Source: Tubulanus polymorphus | Lineage: Eukaryota > Animalia > Nemertea | Direction of reading: 5' to 3' | Length of the DNA: 64,000 bases | Assembly (NCBI RefSeq): GCF_964204645.1 | Contig: NC_134030.1 | Coordinates: forward strand, 11,429,947 to 11,493,946 | Shown: piece after piece, positions 39,401 through 51,400 of the stretch | Layout: the number at the start of each line of letters is the position of its first letter | Position numbering within the stretch: the first letter of the stretch is position 1 | The notes under the pieces: model-generated | Database searches by the model: none | What the model saw: only the letters and a program-made list of their open reading frames with translations | Told to the model about the DNA's origin: nothing | Made by a program: the position numbers and the translations under genes

Positions 39401-42400
39401 GACATTGTTTTACTGTTTCTAATGAAAATGATTCATCAGGGTAATAAGTTGTTTTGAATTTAGTTATTTGTCTTTAAAAATAACTTCACTAAAATCATAG
39501 AAATTTCTTGTATGAAATCATTTTGTCCATAGACCTTGTGCAACTTTATGAAATTGCTTAATTTCTGAGGGCTTTACAATTAGGATTGTTATTGAATTTC
39601 AGAATTTATTTCATTTTATTGCAATTCTTTTGTATAAATATGCTCTACTAAGGTTTCTCTAACAATACAATTTGTATGGGTATGAGTTACCCTTAATCAA
39701 AACTTATTTTTTATCCAAGGACCTGTGCATCTTTCTGGCGGGAATACAGTTTTCCTGAATAATGTACAAACTCGAACGGTTCAAACAATTCTTTTCATAT
39801 TGAGTGGCCAGGTTTTGATATAAGGGTTTGCACCTATTCATAGAAAAAGATATGTCTTATTTCGTTGTCTTAAACGATGTATAAGAATAATTTCTATATA
39901 ACCGTATGAATCTCATGCGTTTTCTGGCTTCTATTTGATCTGTTCGAAACTTACCTACAGGTAAGTAATAAGCTATAATTCAATTTGATATAATTTGAAG
40001 TAGAAGTATTCCCAGATAGGTGGTCAAACATTTGTTCTGAGTATAGTCTGTTGCAATGCTTATATCAAGTTCGTGGAAACAGTCACTCGTCATATAAAAG
40101 ATAAAATTTACCCCATGATTTCAATCAAAATCAACCGATAGGATTCTAGAACTTTTGACATTGTTTTACTCTTTCTAATGAAAATCATTCATCAGGGTAA
40201 TAAGTTGTTTTGAATTTAGTTATTTGTCTTTAAAACTAACTTCACTTAAATCATAGAATTTTTTTGTATGAAATCATTTTGTCCATAGACCTTGTGCAAC
40301 TTTATGAAATTGCTTAATTTCTGAGGATTGTTATGAAAATATCGGAATTAATTTCATTTTATTGCAATTCTTTTGTATCAATATCCTCTTCTAAGGTATC
40401 TCTAACAATACAATTTGTATGGGTATGAGTTACCCTTAATCAAAACTTATTTTTTATCCAAGGACCTGTGCAACTTTGGGAAGGGAATACAGTTTTCCTG
40501 AATAATATTCAAACTCGAACGGTTCAAACAATTCTCTTTATATTGAGTGGCCAGATTTTGATATTAGGTATTTCACCTATTCATAGAAAAAGATATGTCT
40601 TATTTCGATGTCTTAAAAGATTTATAAGAATAATTTCTACATAACCGTATGATTCTTATACGTTTTCTGGCTTCTATTTGATCTGTTCGAAACTTACCTA
40701 CAGGTACGCAATAAATTTTATTTCAATTCGATATAATTTGAAGTAGAAGTATTCCCAGATACGTGGTCAAACATTTGTTCTGAGTATAGTCAGTTGCAAT
40801 GCTTATATCAAGTTCGTGGAAATAGTTACTCATCATATAAGAAATAAACATTTACCCCATGATTTCAATCAAAATCAACCAATAGGATTCTAGAACTTTT
40901 GACATTGTTTTACTCTTTCTAATGAAAATGATTCATCAGGGTAATAAGTTATTTTGAATTTAGTTATTTGTCTTTAAAACTAATTTCACTAAAAACATAG
41001 AATTTTCTTCTACGAAATCATTTTGTCCATGGACCTTGTGCAACTTTATGAAATGGCTTAATTTCTACATAACCGTATGAATCTTATGCGTTTTCTGGCT
41101 TCTATTTGATCTGTTCGAAACTTACCTACAGGTAAGTAATAAGCTATAATTCAATTTGATATAATTTGAAGTAGAAGTATTCCCAGATAGGTGGTCAAAC
41201 ATTTTTTCTGAGTATAGTCACTTGCAATGCTTTAAACAAGTTCGTTGAAACAAGTCACTCGTCATATAAAAGATAAGAGTTACCCCATGATTTCATTCAA
41301 AATCAACTACATTGCAATTCTTTTGTATAGATATGCTCAACTAAGATATCTCTAAGAATACAATTTGTATGGGTATGAGTTACCCTTAATCAAAACTTAT
41401 TTTTTATCCAAGGACCTGTGCAACTTTCGGGCGGGAATACAGTTTTCCTGAATAATGTACAAACTCGAACGGTTCAAACGATTCTCTTCATATTGGGTGG
41501 CCAGGTTTTGATATAAGGTGTTGCACCCATTCATAGAAAAAGATATGTGTTATTTCGATGTCTAAAAAGATGTATAAGAAAAATGTCTACATAACCGTAT
41601 GAATCTGATGCGTGTTCTGGCTTTTATTTGATCTGTTCGAAACTTACCTACAAGTACGTAATACATTTTAATTCAATTTGATATCAGTTGAAGTAGAAGT
41701 ATTTCCAAATAGGTGGTCAAACATTTGTTCTGAGTGTAGTCAGTTGCAATGTTTATATCAAGTTCGTGGAAACAAGTCACTCATCATATAAAAGATAAAA
41801 GTTACCCCATGATTCCATTCAAAATCAACCAATAGGATTCTAGGACTTTTGACATTGTTTTACTGTTTCTAAAGAAAATGATTCATCAGGGTAATAAGTT
41901 TTTTTGAATTCAATTATTTGTCTTTAAAACTAACTTCACAAAAATCATAGAATTTTCCATCAATTCAATCAATTTGTCCATAGACCTTGTGCAACTTCAT
42001 GAAATTGCTTAATTTCTGCTTTACAATTAGGATTGTTTTTGGAATATCGGAATTTATTTCATTTTATTCCAATTCATTTGTATCAATGTCTTCTACTGAG
42101 GTTTCTGTAATAATCTAAGGACCTGTGGAACTTTCGAATGGGAATACAATTTTTCGAATAATGTCCAAATTCCACAGTTCAATCAATTCTCTTCATATTG
42201 AGTGACCAGATTCCGAAGTAAGGTGTTGTTCCTATTCAAAGGAAAAAGATCTGTCTCATTTCGTTGATAATGTATATATTTGATCTGTTCGAAACTTACC
42301 CACATGTACAAGATAAGTTTACATTCAATTTGATATAATTTTGAGTATAAGTATTTTCAAATAGGTGGTCAAACATTTGTTCTAAGCATAGTCATAAAGT

Positions 42401-45400
42401 TCATGGAAATAGTCACCCCTTAAATAAAATAAACGATTTGCTCTACGATTTCAACCAAAATTAACCGATCGATTTCTAGAACTTCTCACATTGTTTTACT
42501 CTTCAAACAGAAGACGATTTATCAGGTATTTGCCCTATGGACTCAATTATTTATTTGACTAAATTTTTCATGGAAGCTGAGTATCAGAATATAATTAGTT
42601 GATCCATTCATATATTAAATCAGTACATTTTTACCAAATTCTTATTTCCGGGTTTATTCTTTTAAATTAATTAGGATCGGTTAGGTCTCTTAACCTTTTT
42701 TGTCTAAACCTGTTTTTTTTTCTCAAGAAATACAAATTCTCGATCATAATGAACTTATATCATGCAGAGTGAAGAGCAGTGCTTTGATTTTTCAATGCTT
42801 CATTATTGAAATTTGATTGCATTTGATATACTTGTAAACTCTTCTATGCATGCTGAAATTCTGAATATTATGTATTTGTCGAAGTTACACAGGGCCTATT
42901 TGTCAGAACACATTTTCAAAGTTGCAGAAGGATTGAATTTTGAAGTTGCAGAAGGCCAAAGTTGCAGAAGGTCTAAAAGTTGCAGAAGGCCTGTTCGTCT
43001 GTAGTAGCGTCCGTCCGTCCGTCCGTCCGTAGACGGAATCCAGTTATTTTGGGAAGTTTTGAAGACGCTTCAAGGTAATGTCTTGATATTTGGTTTATAC
43101 ATGTATCTACCCTAGACACATCTTCAGCCCAAAAACTGGCCCTATCAGATTCAAGATGGCCGACTGGCAGCCATTGCTGTTCGCCAAAATCAGCACTTTT
43201 TACACATTTTCGAAGTTTACGAGGGAAATCTTGAAGACGGTTTGATCATTTACCTTGATCTTTCGATTATAATTGAATCTACCAAGGGCCCATCAGCATA
43301 AGAAAAATTTGGTCCATCTGACTCAAGATGGCCGTCCTATGACCTTTTTAGTGCCCAAAAATGTCAAATTTGGCCAGAATTCTAGGTCCTGTAGCTTCCT
43401 ACTGGTTTGCCATTTCTCATTGCAATTTGTGATGGGTATTCTTTGTAAAGGGATGTTTTATACGTGAGACAGGTATTTTTGATCCGCCAATAATGATGCA
43501 ATTGGTGGCCATCTTGGTGTCATTAGTACTTATTTGTAGGTGGGAAAAAGTTTTTCGACATTATATTGATACCTAAGCATATTTTGCTACAACAATGAAT
43601 AAGAAAGTTGTAGCGTATAACGTGTTCTATGATTGGGGTGAGTTTCAAGTTCATTGTTTTTTGTATATGGCCACCAGGGGGCGTTGAATAATACAATATC
43701 TTAGTATTTCTATATTATATTTGTACCAATACATATTTTGTTACCGCAATCAATTGCAAAGTTGTAGCTCATGACATCTTCCATGATTATGGTGAGTTTT
43801 AAGGACATTAGTTAATGTATATGGTCACCAGGGGGCGTTGAATAGTAAAATAACCTGGTATTTCCTTATTATATTGGTACCTAGGCATATTTTGTTACCA
43901 TCATCAATTGCAAAGTTGTAGTTCATGACATGTTCTATGAATATGGTGAGTTACAAGGTTATTGGGTTTTGAATATGGTCACCAGGGGGCGTTGAATAGT
44001 AGAATAACTTAGTATTTCCATATTAAATTGTCAACGAGGCATTGTTTGTTATCACAATCAATTACAAAATCATAGCTGCTGACATGTTTTATGATTTTAT
44101 TGAGTTTCAAGGTCATTGGTTTTTGTATATGGTCACCAGAGGGCGTTGAATATTGAAATTGTTTGATTGTTGAGCATTTGAAACCACTTCCCAAGTGGGC
44201 ATGGTGTCCCTGGACCCCTAGTTAATTATCGAGTGCAATGTTTGCGTAAGGTCCTTGTATTGTTTATTTACTCGCTCTGAAAAAGTCAGTTATCTGCGAC
44301 TGCTTCATAGATAAGCCTGTCAGAGTGTCCAGACGAGATCCAATTTGATTGATAGCTCGGATGTTTTCTTCGGTTGCGTACTTGTTCGATTCCAAGTAAC
44401 GAAGTAACGAACGGATTGCATAACGAGCTTCTGACGATGTCGGTGGTTTCTCCGGTTCAGGGTAATCCTCTTCTTCATCATCGCCATTGTCATCATTCAT
44501 GTCACTTCTCACTAAATCTAAAATCTCATCATCCTCTAATATCGCGGTAGATGGTAGTTCTTTATCGACGTCGACGTATTCTTCCTCCGTCATAAGCATT
44601 TCGGGAGCAATGCTGAGTGCAGCCACTAAACGTTCAAACAGATTGTCACCAGTTCTAGGTCGGGTAGAAGTTGTATTGGTTGACGAAGATTCTTCCGATG
44701 TTTCAGCAGTTTCTGTCATTAAACTTTCAAACAAATTTCTCCGAGGAGCGCTCGTCTGTGGCCTCACGACAGATGGCCAGTTTTCTGGCAGAACTTTGCT
44801 ATGCTTGAAACAGTTAGCTATCGTTTCTCTTGAAACTCTATCCCATGCCGACTTAGCATATCTAATTGCATCACTGAGCTCAAGTTTTGGAGGTCGATTA
44901 TTGTCAATGGCATCAACAAGATGTTGTATTTGCAGCCTCCGGTAGTGCGTCTTCATGTTCTGAATGACGCCCGCATCCATAGGTTGAATGTGGCTAGTTG
45001 TGTTTGCCGGGAGAAAGTGCACGGTTACATTTCCAAGTGACAACTCGCCGTTCTCGTCCTCCAGTACAATATGTGACGGTGCGTTATCTAAGATTAGTAG
45101 CACGTGGCGATTTTGAGAATGCATTTTCTGGTTGAAATTTTCCAACCACTCGAAGAAAATTATGCTCGTCATCCACGCCTTCTTGTTCGCTTCATAATCA
45201 CAATATAGCTGGGAGTTGAAACCCTTGAAACAGCGTGGACGTTTACTTTTACCAATCACAAGGAGGCGGCATTCCTCAGTGCCGTCTGAATTAGCACAAA
45301 CAGCAAGTGAGATTCTCTTTTTAATTTTTTTGTGCCCTTTACAAATTCTGAGGTAGTTAAGGATCAATCAGGCAAGAGGGCATAATATAAACCAGTCTCG

Positions 45401-48400
45401 TCCATATTGAACACGTCCCTCGGAGTAAAGTTCTTGATAACCTCTCTGGCCTTTTCTATTACGGATTTCACAACTTCCTGATCGACTCCAGCACTTTCTC
45501 CACTGATTTTGTGACTGGATATTCCGTAAGGATGCTTAAATCTGTTCAGCCATCCACTGGAGTAACTAAACTCGCCAATTTCTAACTCCCCACTAAAATA
45601 AATCGCCTTTGCTCTGATAATGTCTTGGGTGACAGGAATGTTCTTGGCTCTTGTAGAGCTAAACCACAAATAAAGGCTTTCTCCATATTTTCATGTTTAG
45701 CTGACCGTAATCTCTTAGAAGACAGAGCTGCCTCAGTGTTTAATTCAGAATTTAACCATTTTTCAGCCTGTGCTAGAATATCGCCAATAGTTCGTCGTTT
45801 GATCGGCTTTTTCTATAATGTAGCAAAGTGATCTGCAACAGCTTGCTGCGATTTTGTTGGCCACTTCTTTGAAAATTCACAGATTTCACGCTTTTCTTTC
45901 ACAGATAAAGACAGGCGGGGTCGTTTTTCAGCCATGCTTAGACAAGCGTTTAGATACACAATCTAAAGTTACCGCGCAGTATTGGTCGTTATGGAGACAA
46001 TAGATCGTTGCGCTGTATCTGCAGTGTATTATAAGCCTACATATAGAATTGATCGCTAAATTTCTTCGCTGGCGGTATAACGCGACAAAAAGTAATGCTT
46101 AACAATATATTTGTACGCAGATTAGTGTTGGCGATTGGCGGTTAGCGGAAGGCGGTATGTCGGGATAAAAATACATTAGATTAAATACATCTGATCTGTG
46201 CATTGGCGAAAATACGGCGAGAGCTGGGGCTGGCGGTATTACGGGAGGCGGTATAACGGGATTTGACTGTATTTTGTTACCATGATTATGTTACCAAGTT
46301 ATAGTTCATGACATGTTCTATGATTTTTGTGAGTTTCAAGGTCATTGGGTTTTGAATATGGTCAACAGGGGGAGTTGAATAGTAGAATAACTTAGTATTT
46401 CCATATTAAATTGGTAACGAGGCATTGGTTTTTGTATATGGCCACCAGGGAGCGTTGAATAATACAATATCTTAGTATTTCTATATTATATTTGTACCAA
46501 TACATATTTTGTTACCACAATCATTTGCACAAAGTTGTAGCTCATGACATCGTCTATGATTGTGGTTTAAAGAGAAGTTTAAGGAAAATTTAAGTTAAAA
46601 GGAAATGAGTTATTCTATATGGTCACCAGGGGGCGTTGAATAGTAGAATAACCTAGTATTTCCTTATTATATTGGTACCTAGGCATATTTTGTTACCATG
46701 ATCAATTGCAAAGTTGTAGTTCATGACATGTTCTATGATTGTGGTGAGTTTCAATGTCATTGGGTTTTGAATATGGTCACCAGGGGGCGTTGAATAGTAG
46801 AATAACTTAGTATTTCCATATTAGATTGGTAACGAGGCATATTTTGTTGTCACAATTAATTACTAAATCGTAGCTGCTGATATGTTCTATGATTGTGGTG
46901 AGTTTCAAGGTCATTGGTTTTTGTATATGATCACCAGTGGGTGTTGAATATTGAAATTGTTAGATTGTTGAGCATTTGAAACCACTTCCCAAGTGGCATG
47001 GTGTCCCTGGACCCCTAGTTGTTGTAATCAACTAATTCGTAGTTTGTTTGATACCTATAACAGCTCACCTGACAATCTTAATCCATGTGCAAATCAGCCG
47101 TAAAGTGAGAGTAAATTTCCATCGATTCAACGGTGGCAATTTTGAAAACTTGTGGAGGGTGCTGGCACCTGTGGACTGAGGCCAGGACAACAACACAAAC
47201 GAACGAAATGAAACAACAAAATTGAAAAAACTTAAGAAATCAACATTAAGTCATATTTTTCTTCAACCAGAATTTGTAATGGAAAAAACGAAGATAAAAT
47301 ATAAGTTGGAAAACCATCAAAAATAAAAAGTGTTTTTCTTTTTGGAAGTTTTATATAAATCTTTGTAGGTCACCTTGTCTATCATGCCACATGTATGCAA
47401 TACAGAGAAATGGCGGCCAATGGCGGAATTTGTGGAGAAATTAATTTATTTTATCAAAAAAATGTTGGAAATATTAGTTGGAAAACCATCAAAAGTAAAA
47501 AAGTGTTGTTTCGTTTTGGAAGTTTTATATAAATCTTTGTAGGCAAATTGATTCACGAAATCATATACATTGTGTTTTTAAAGCTTACAAAGTATTATTA
47601 TTCTCTTTTCAGTCAACTACCGAAGATAATTGGGATAAGGTTAGATTGTGATTGGTCGGATGTGCTCAAAAGTGCTTGGGTTTTATTGTGAATTCTCAAG
47701 GGCACATTGGTAGCTTGGTTTCCATTGATCTTTTTCAGATATTTGATACCAATGTCAAATCGGCCTTTTTCCTCACTCAAGAAACTGTACCATACATGAA
47801 AAATAGAGGGTAAGTTATGATTTCTATCAAGGACCAAATCCCTTCCCTGAACCTGTTCATAAACTTTTTGATCAGACTATTGTTCCTATTCTAACATATG
47901 GCTGTGAGATCTGGGGGTTCTCCAGTGGCGGATTTAGCCTACCGCACTTGCCACTAATGCGGTAGTCAACATTTTTCCTCTAACAACATTTTATTTATTT
48001 CATGGATGGATTTGACTTAGCTGATTCCTTGGAAAAAACTACCCATATCAAAACAGGATTTTTCTCTTCCAAAACCCAGGAAATGTCATCTCAGCCCTTT
48101 AAATTTTTCAAAATTTTCTGGGGGAGGGCCCCCAAACCCTCCATAGGCACATGGTGCCTTCGGCACTCGTATTGCACATCTCGTGCCTTCGGCACTCGGT
48201 TGCCGAAATGCGGTAGTCATATTATGCCTCTGAATCCGCCACTGTTCTCCAACCTACAGTGCCTAAAAAGATGTCCATATTCCCTTTCTGAGGCGCGTAT
48301 TGCATCTCAGAAGTACTCTATCTTATGTGTTGTATGGTGAAACCTTCTTTCGATCACGATTAAGGTGAGAATGTTAACTTTTTGGGCACAAACGGTCTCC

Positions 48401-51400
48401 TCCCCTTTCGGTAAATTGTTGCATATTTTATATAGGTCTGCAATGAAATAATCTTGAGGAAATGGGGATGCTCCAAATATTAAATGGTTCCAAAATATTA
48501 AAGATCGATTTTCAAAGTGTCATGGCTGCCGGTTTGAACAGCCCATAAAAACCAGTGGCACTTAAATGCCTTCAAATATCTTGAAATATCTAAAGAGTGG
48601 ATATCACAATTCTTACAGTTGGAATATATTATGAGTATTAGTGTCTGGTGTTGTGTGAGTATTGAGACAGACTTTTGATGTGTATGTGTATGTAAGAGAA
48701 CTTTCAAAATTTTGGCTGAGTCACATTCTGGAACTGGACTGGATTGAATTGAATTTGTTACTTATCTATACTGTCGCCATCATGAGTCAGCAGTCTACAT
48801 TGAATGAATATGTTTTCAAACCTGTAGATAATGAAATTTCACAAAAACAATCTGAGAATCCCGAAGATCAAACCACTGCCGATGCAACTTCCAGCCTAGA
48901 AATAAGCAATGATAAATGTCCAGAACAACCACAATCCGTTGATGATAATACACACGATGATTACCACGAAAATGCTAATCTAGATGAAGACCACAATACC
49001 AGTATCATGGTACAAAATTGTCAAGATGATGATGATGACGACGACGATGATTATCTGACTGAATTGCGGGTACAAAATGGTCGACTTAAAGAGGAACTAA
49101 ACCAGATGAAGACACAGTTCGCTGAGCGGCAACGTAAACAATCAACAACGATCGAGACAATCGAAGATAGCTGCGCGGATAAAATCGATTAGGCCTAAGA
49201 ATGAACAATATTCCCGCAGGAACAACATCCGCTGGCTAGGAGTACCAGAAAGCAAGGATGAGAACTGTTGGGACATTATAGCTATGAAAATTGTGAATGA
49301 ATTACAGCTGCCAGAAATAAAATCTACAGACATTGACGGAACAATGCTCTCCAAAAACTGGCCCTGTCAGATTCAAGATGGCCGACTGGCAGCCGTTGTT
49401 GTTCGCCAAAATCAGCACTTTTTACACATTTTTGAACGTTTTGAGGAAAATTTTGAAGATGCTTTAATCAATTACCTTAATCTTGTGTATACATTTGAAT
49501 CCCCAATGGGCCCATCACCATAAGAAAAATTGGGTCGTTCAGACTCAAGATGGCCGTCCTATGACCTTTTTACAGATATGAGAATTCCCCACGGATCCGC
49601 GGTTTCCCGCGGATTTCAGTATTGAAAAATATCAATTTTCCAAATAGTCCAAAAATGATGTAAAAGTATGGGGGGGTGATGATCTCACTCAATTGGTCCG
49701 GCGCGATCGGTAATCAGGTGAACCGTAAAAGCGTTCAGTGCCTGTTTTACTTATCGTCACGTAAAAGTATCACGCGCAGACACGCACGCACAGCAACAGT
49801 AGTAACGTATATAGGTCTACTTACTGTTGCTGCGTGTGTGTGGCGAACGCCTTCGGATATTATACACTACTTGGTGATGATTTTTAGTGAGCATTCATCG
49901 GCGCATTTTTACTGCAATAATTCAGGGCTCGACCCGTAATGCATGAGATGCTGAATGTCATCAAATGAGGATGTACCACATTGGAACTAGCCATTACCTC
50001 CAAAATATAATAGTCGTTCATGGGTTCAAGATCGCTCTAAGTGCTCGGAAAACGTATTTAATTTCTAAAATTTTCTTGGGGGGAGGGCCCCCAAACCCCC
50101 CGAAATAGCTTCGCGCCTTCGGCGCTCGCTAGTGCTAACGGCTACGCCGTCAGCTGGTTCGCGTATGTCACTCGAGAAAAATAACCCGCGGATTTTACAG
50201 GTCGGCGTTCTCATCCCTGTTTTTAGTGGCCAAAAATTTAAATTTTGGCCCAAATTTTCTGAGTCCTGTAACTTCCTACTGGTTTGCCATTTCTCATTGC
50301 AATTTGTGACGGGTATTCTTTGAAAAGGTATCTTTTATACCCGAGACAGGTATTTTTGATCAGGCAATTATGACGCAATTGGCGGCCATCTTGGTGTCAT
50401 CAGTACTCATTCATTGGTGGAAAAAGGTTTTCCCACATTATATTGATACCGAAGCATATTGTGTTACCGCAATCAATTGCAAAGTTGTAGCTCATGACAT
50501 GGCATCCCTGGACCCTGGACATGTAGTGTGATCTTTGGGGCAGCAAAATTGGGCTTGTCTTTTCATGTAAGGATATATTAACTGAAAATTAACATTATCG
50601 CCACGTAGTCTATACCATCTTAGCCTAACTATTTTAAAGCTTGTTTCATCGTTACAATGTAAATCTTTCTGTAAAACTTTGAATACTGAATCATTCTTCT
50701 TCTACTGCGTCATGAAGGTATAAGGCCTGTTGGCCTCTTGTTATGTATACTGTATCACTCGAATTGTGTTTGTATTAAGACCAAGAGTTTGTCAAATAAA
50801 GTAAAAATAAAAACTTGGGCCAATTACATTTTTAGCTCATGGGTAGCAAGCTTCTGCAGTCATCCACTTTATAGCGTCATTTACTGGCAGACATGGTTTA
50901 AATACGTGCAGTACATCAGTTCCACTATTCAGTAAAACCCAGAACTATGATTGTGCCGGGATCACCGATTAAAGATTGGGCCTAAATGCACTGTGTCTTG
51001 AGTAAATTGTTCCTGACCTGCAGACGCAGCCATGAAATTTACATGCAGTGCATATGGCATGGAGATAACAAGCCTTATCGATGTCAGTCATAATTGTATC
51101 TAAAATGGCTGACTGTTGGGCCATTTTGGATTGAATGAAATCTCGTTCCTGTTCCGCTGGGTGCACTTAAGCCTTCGCCATTTTGGTGAAAAGTTATTGA
51201 TCCCTATCTATTTATCAAATATTTTCATATCGGGGTATTGCTGGCGTGGCTCTAGTTTGAAGATGTGAACAACAGGTCTTAACTCATTGTCTTGATATTA
51301 ATTTGTATACACTTCGTAATGGTGAAAACATTCTACATCAGTGATATTGCATAAGGTTATCTTACATCTTGGCAGGGGTGGAAGTGTGATATTTGTAGCA

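Larger units (their letters stand above)
13230..43007. mobile_element. Unclassified 29.8-kb insertion in a (GTCC)n microsatellite with imperfect motif-built inverted ends
   Basis: Left end ACGAATGAACCCTTGTGCAACTTTAATACCTTGTGCAACTTT; reverse complement of right end ACGAACAGGCCTTCTGCAACTTTTAGACCTTCTGCAACTTT. GTCC repeats flank both sides. Confidence 0.75.
13141..44223 (+). mobile_element. HINE copy 2 inserted in the pogo 3' region; own sequence is 13141..13229 + 43008..44223
   Basis: Same termini as copy 1 with T-runs at both junctions. Sequence resumes at 43008 (GTCCGTAGACGGAATCC) exactly as in copy 1. The 154-bp repeats fall at 43669, 43823, 43977 and 44131. Confidence 0.88.
12842..46269 (-). 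mobile_element. Tigger/pogo DNA transposon (own length ~2.35 kb) split by a 31-kb nested insertion
   Basis: TIR CAGTCAAATCCCATTATACCGCC (from 12842) and GGCGGTATAACGGGATTTGACTG (to 46269), TA TSD at 12840-41 and 46270-71. Rejoined flanks restore the HINE repeat sequence GGCATATTTTGTTACCATG. Confidence 0.93.
11921..47020 (+). mobile_element. HINE copy 1 (Helentron-associated non-autonomous element); own sequence is 11921..12841 + 46270..47020
   Basis: Follows a T-run. 5' hairpin AGCCCACTTGGGAC-TTTA-GTCCCAGCGGGCT, GTCC microsatellite, central 154-bp tandem repeats, 3' subterminal IR TCCCAAGTGG followed by a GGTGTCC-CT-GGACCCC hairpin and CTAGTT. Confidence 0.85.

Noticed and set aside
23055-42530. 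Tandem RNA gene cluster (5S/snRNA) or coding repeat
   Set aside because: No ORFs in the track and no recognisable structured RNA; the U1 match is limited to 8 nt.
44487-44945. 152-aa plus-strand ORF
   Set aside because: Antisense shadow of the pogo transposase frame.
48662-49192. Host gene encoding a 176-aa acidic protein
   Set aside because: It continues through a stop/frameshift into a LINE ORF1 motif, so it is best read as a retroelement remnant.
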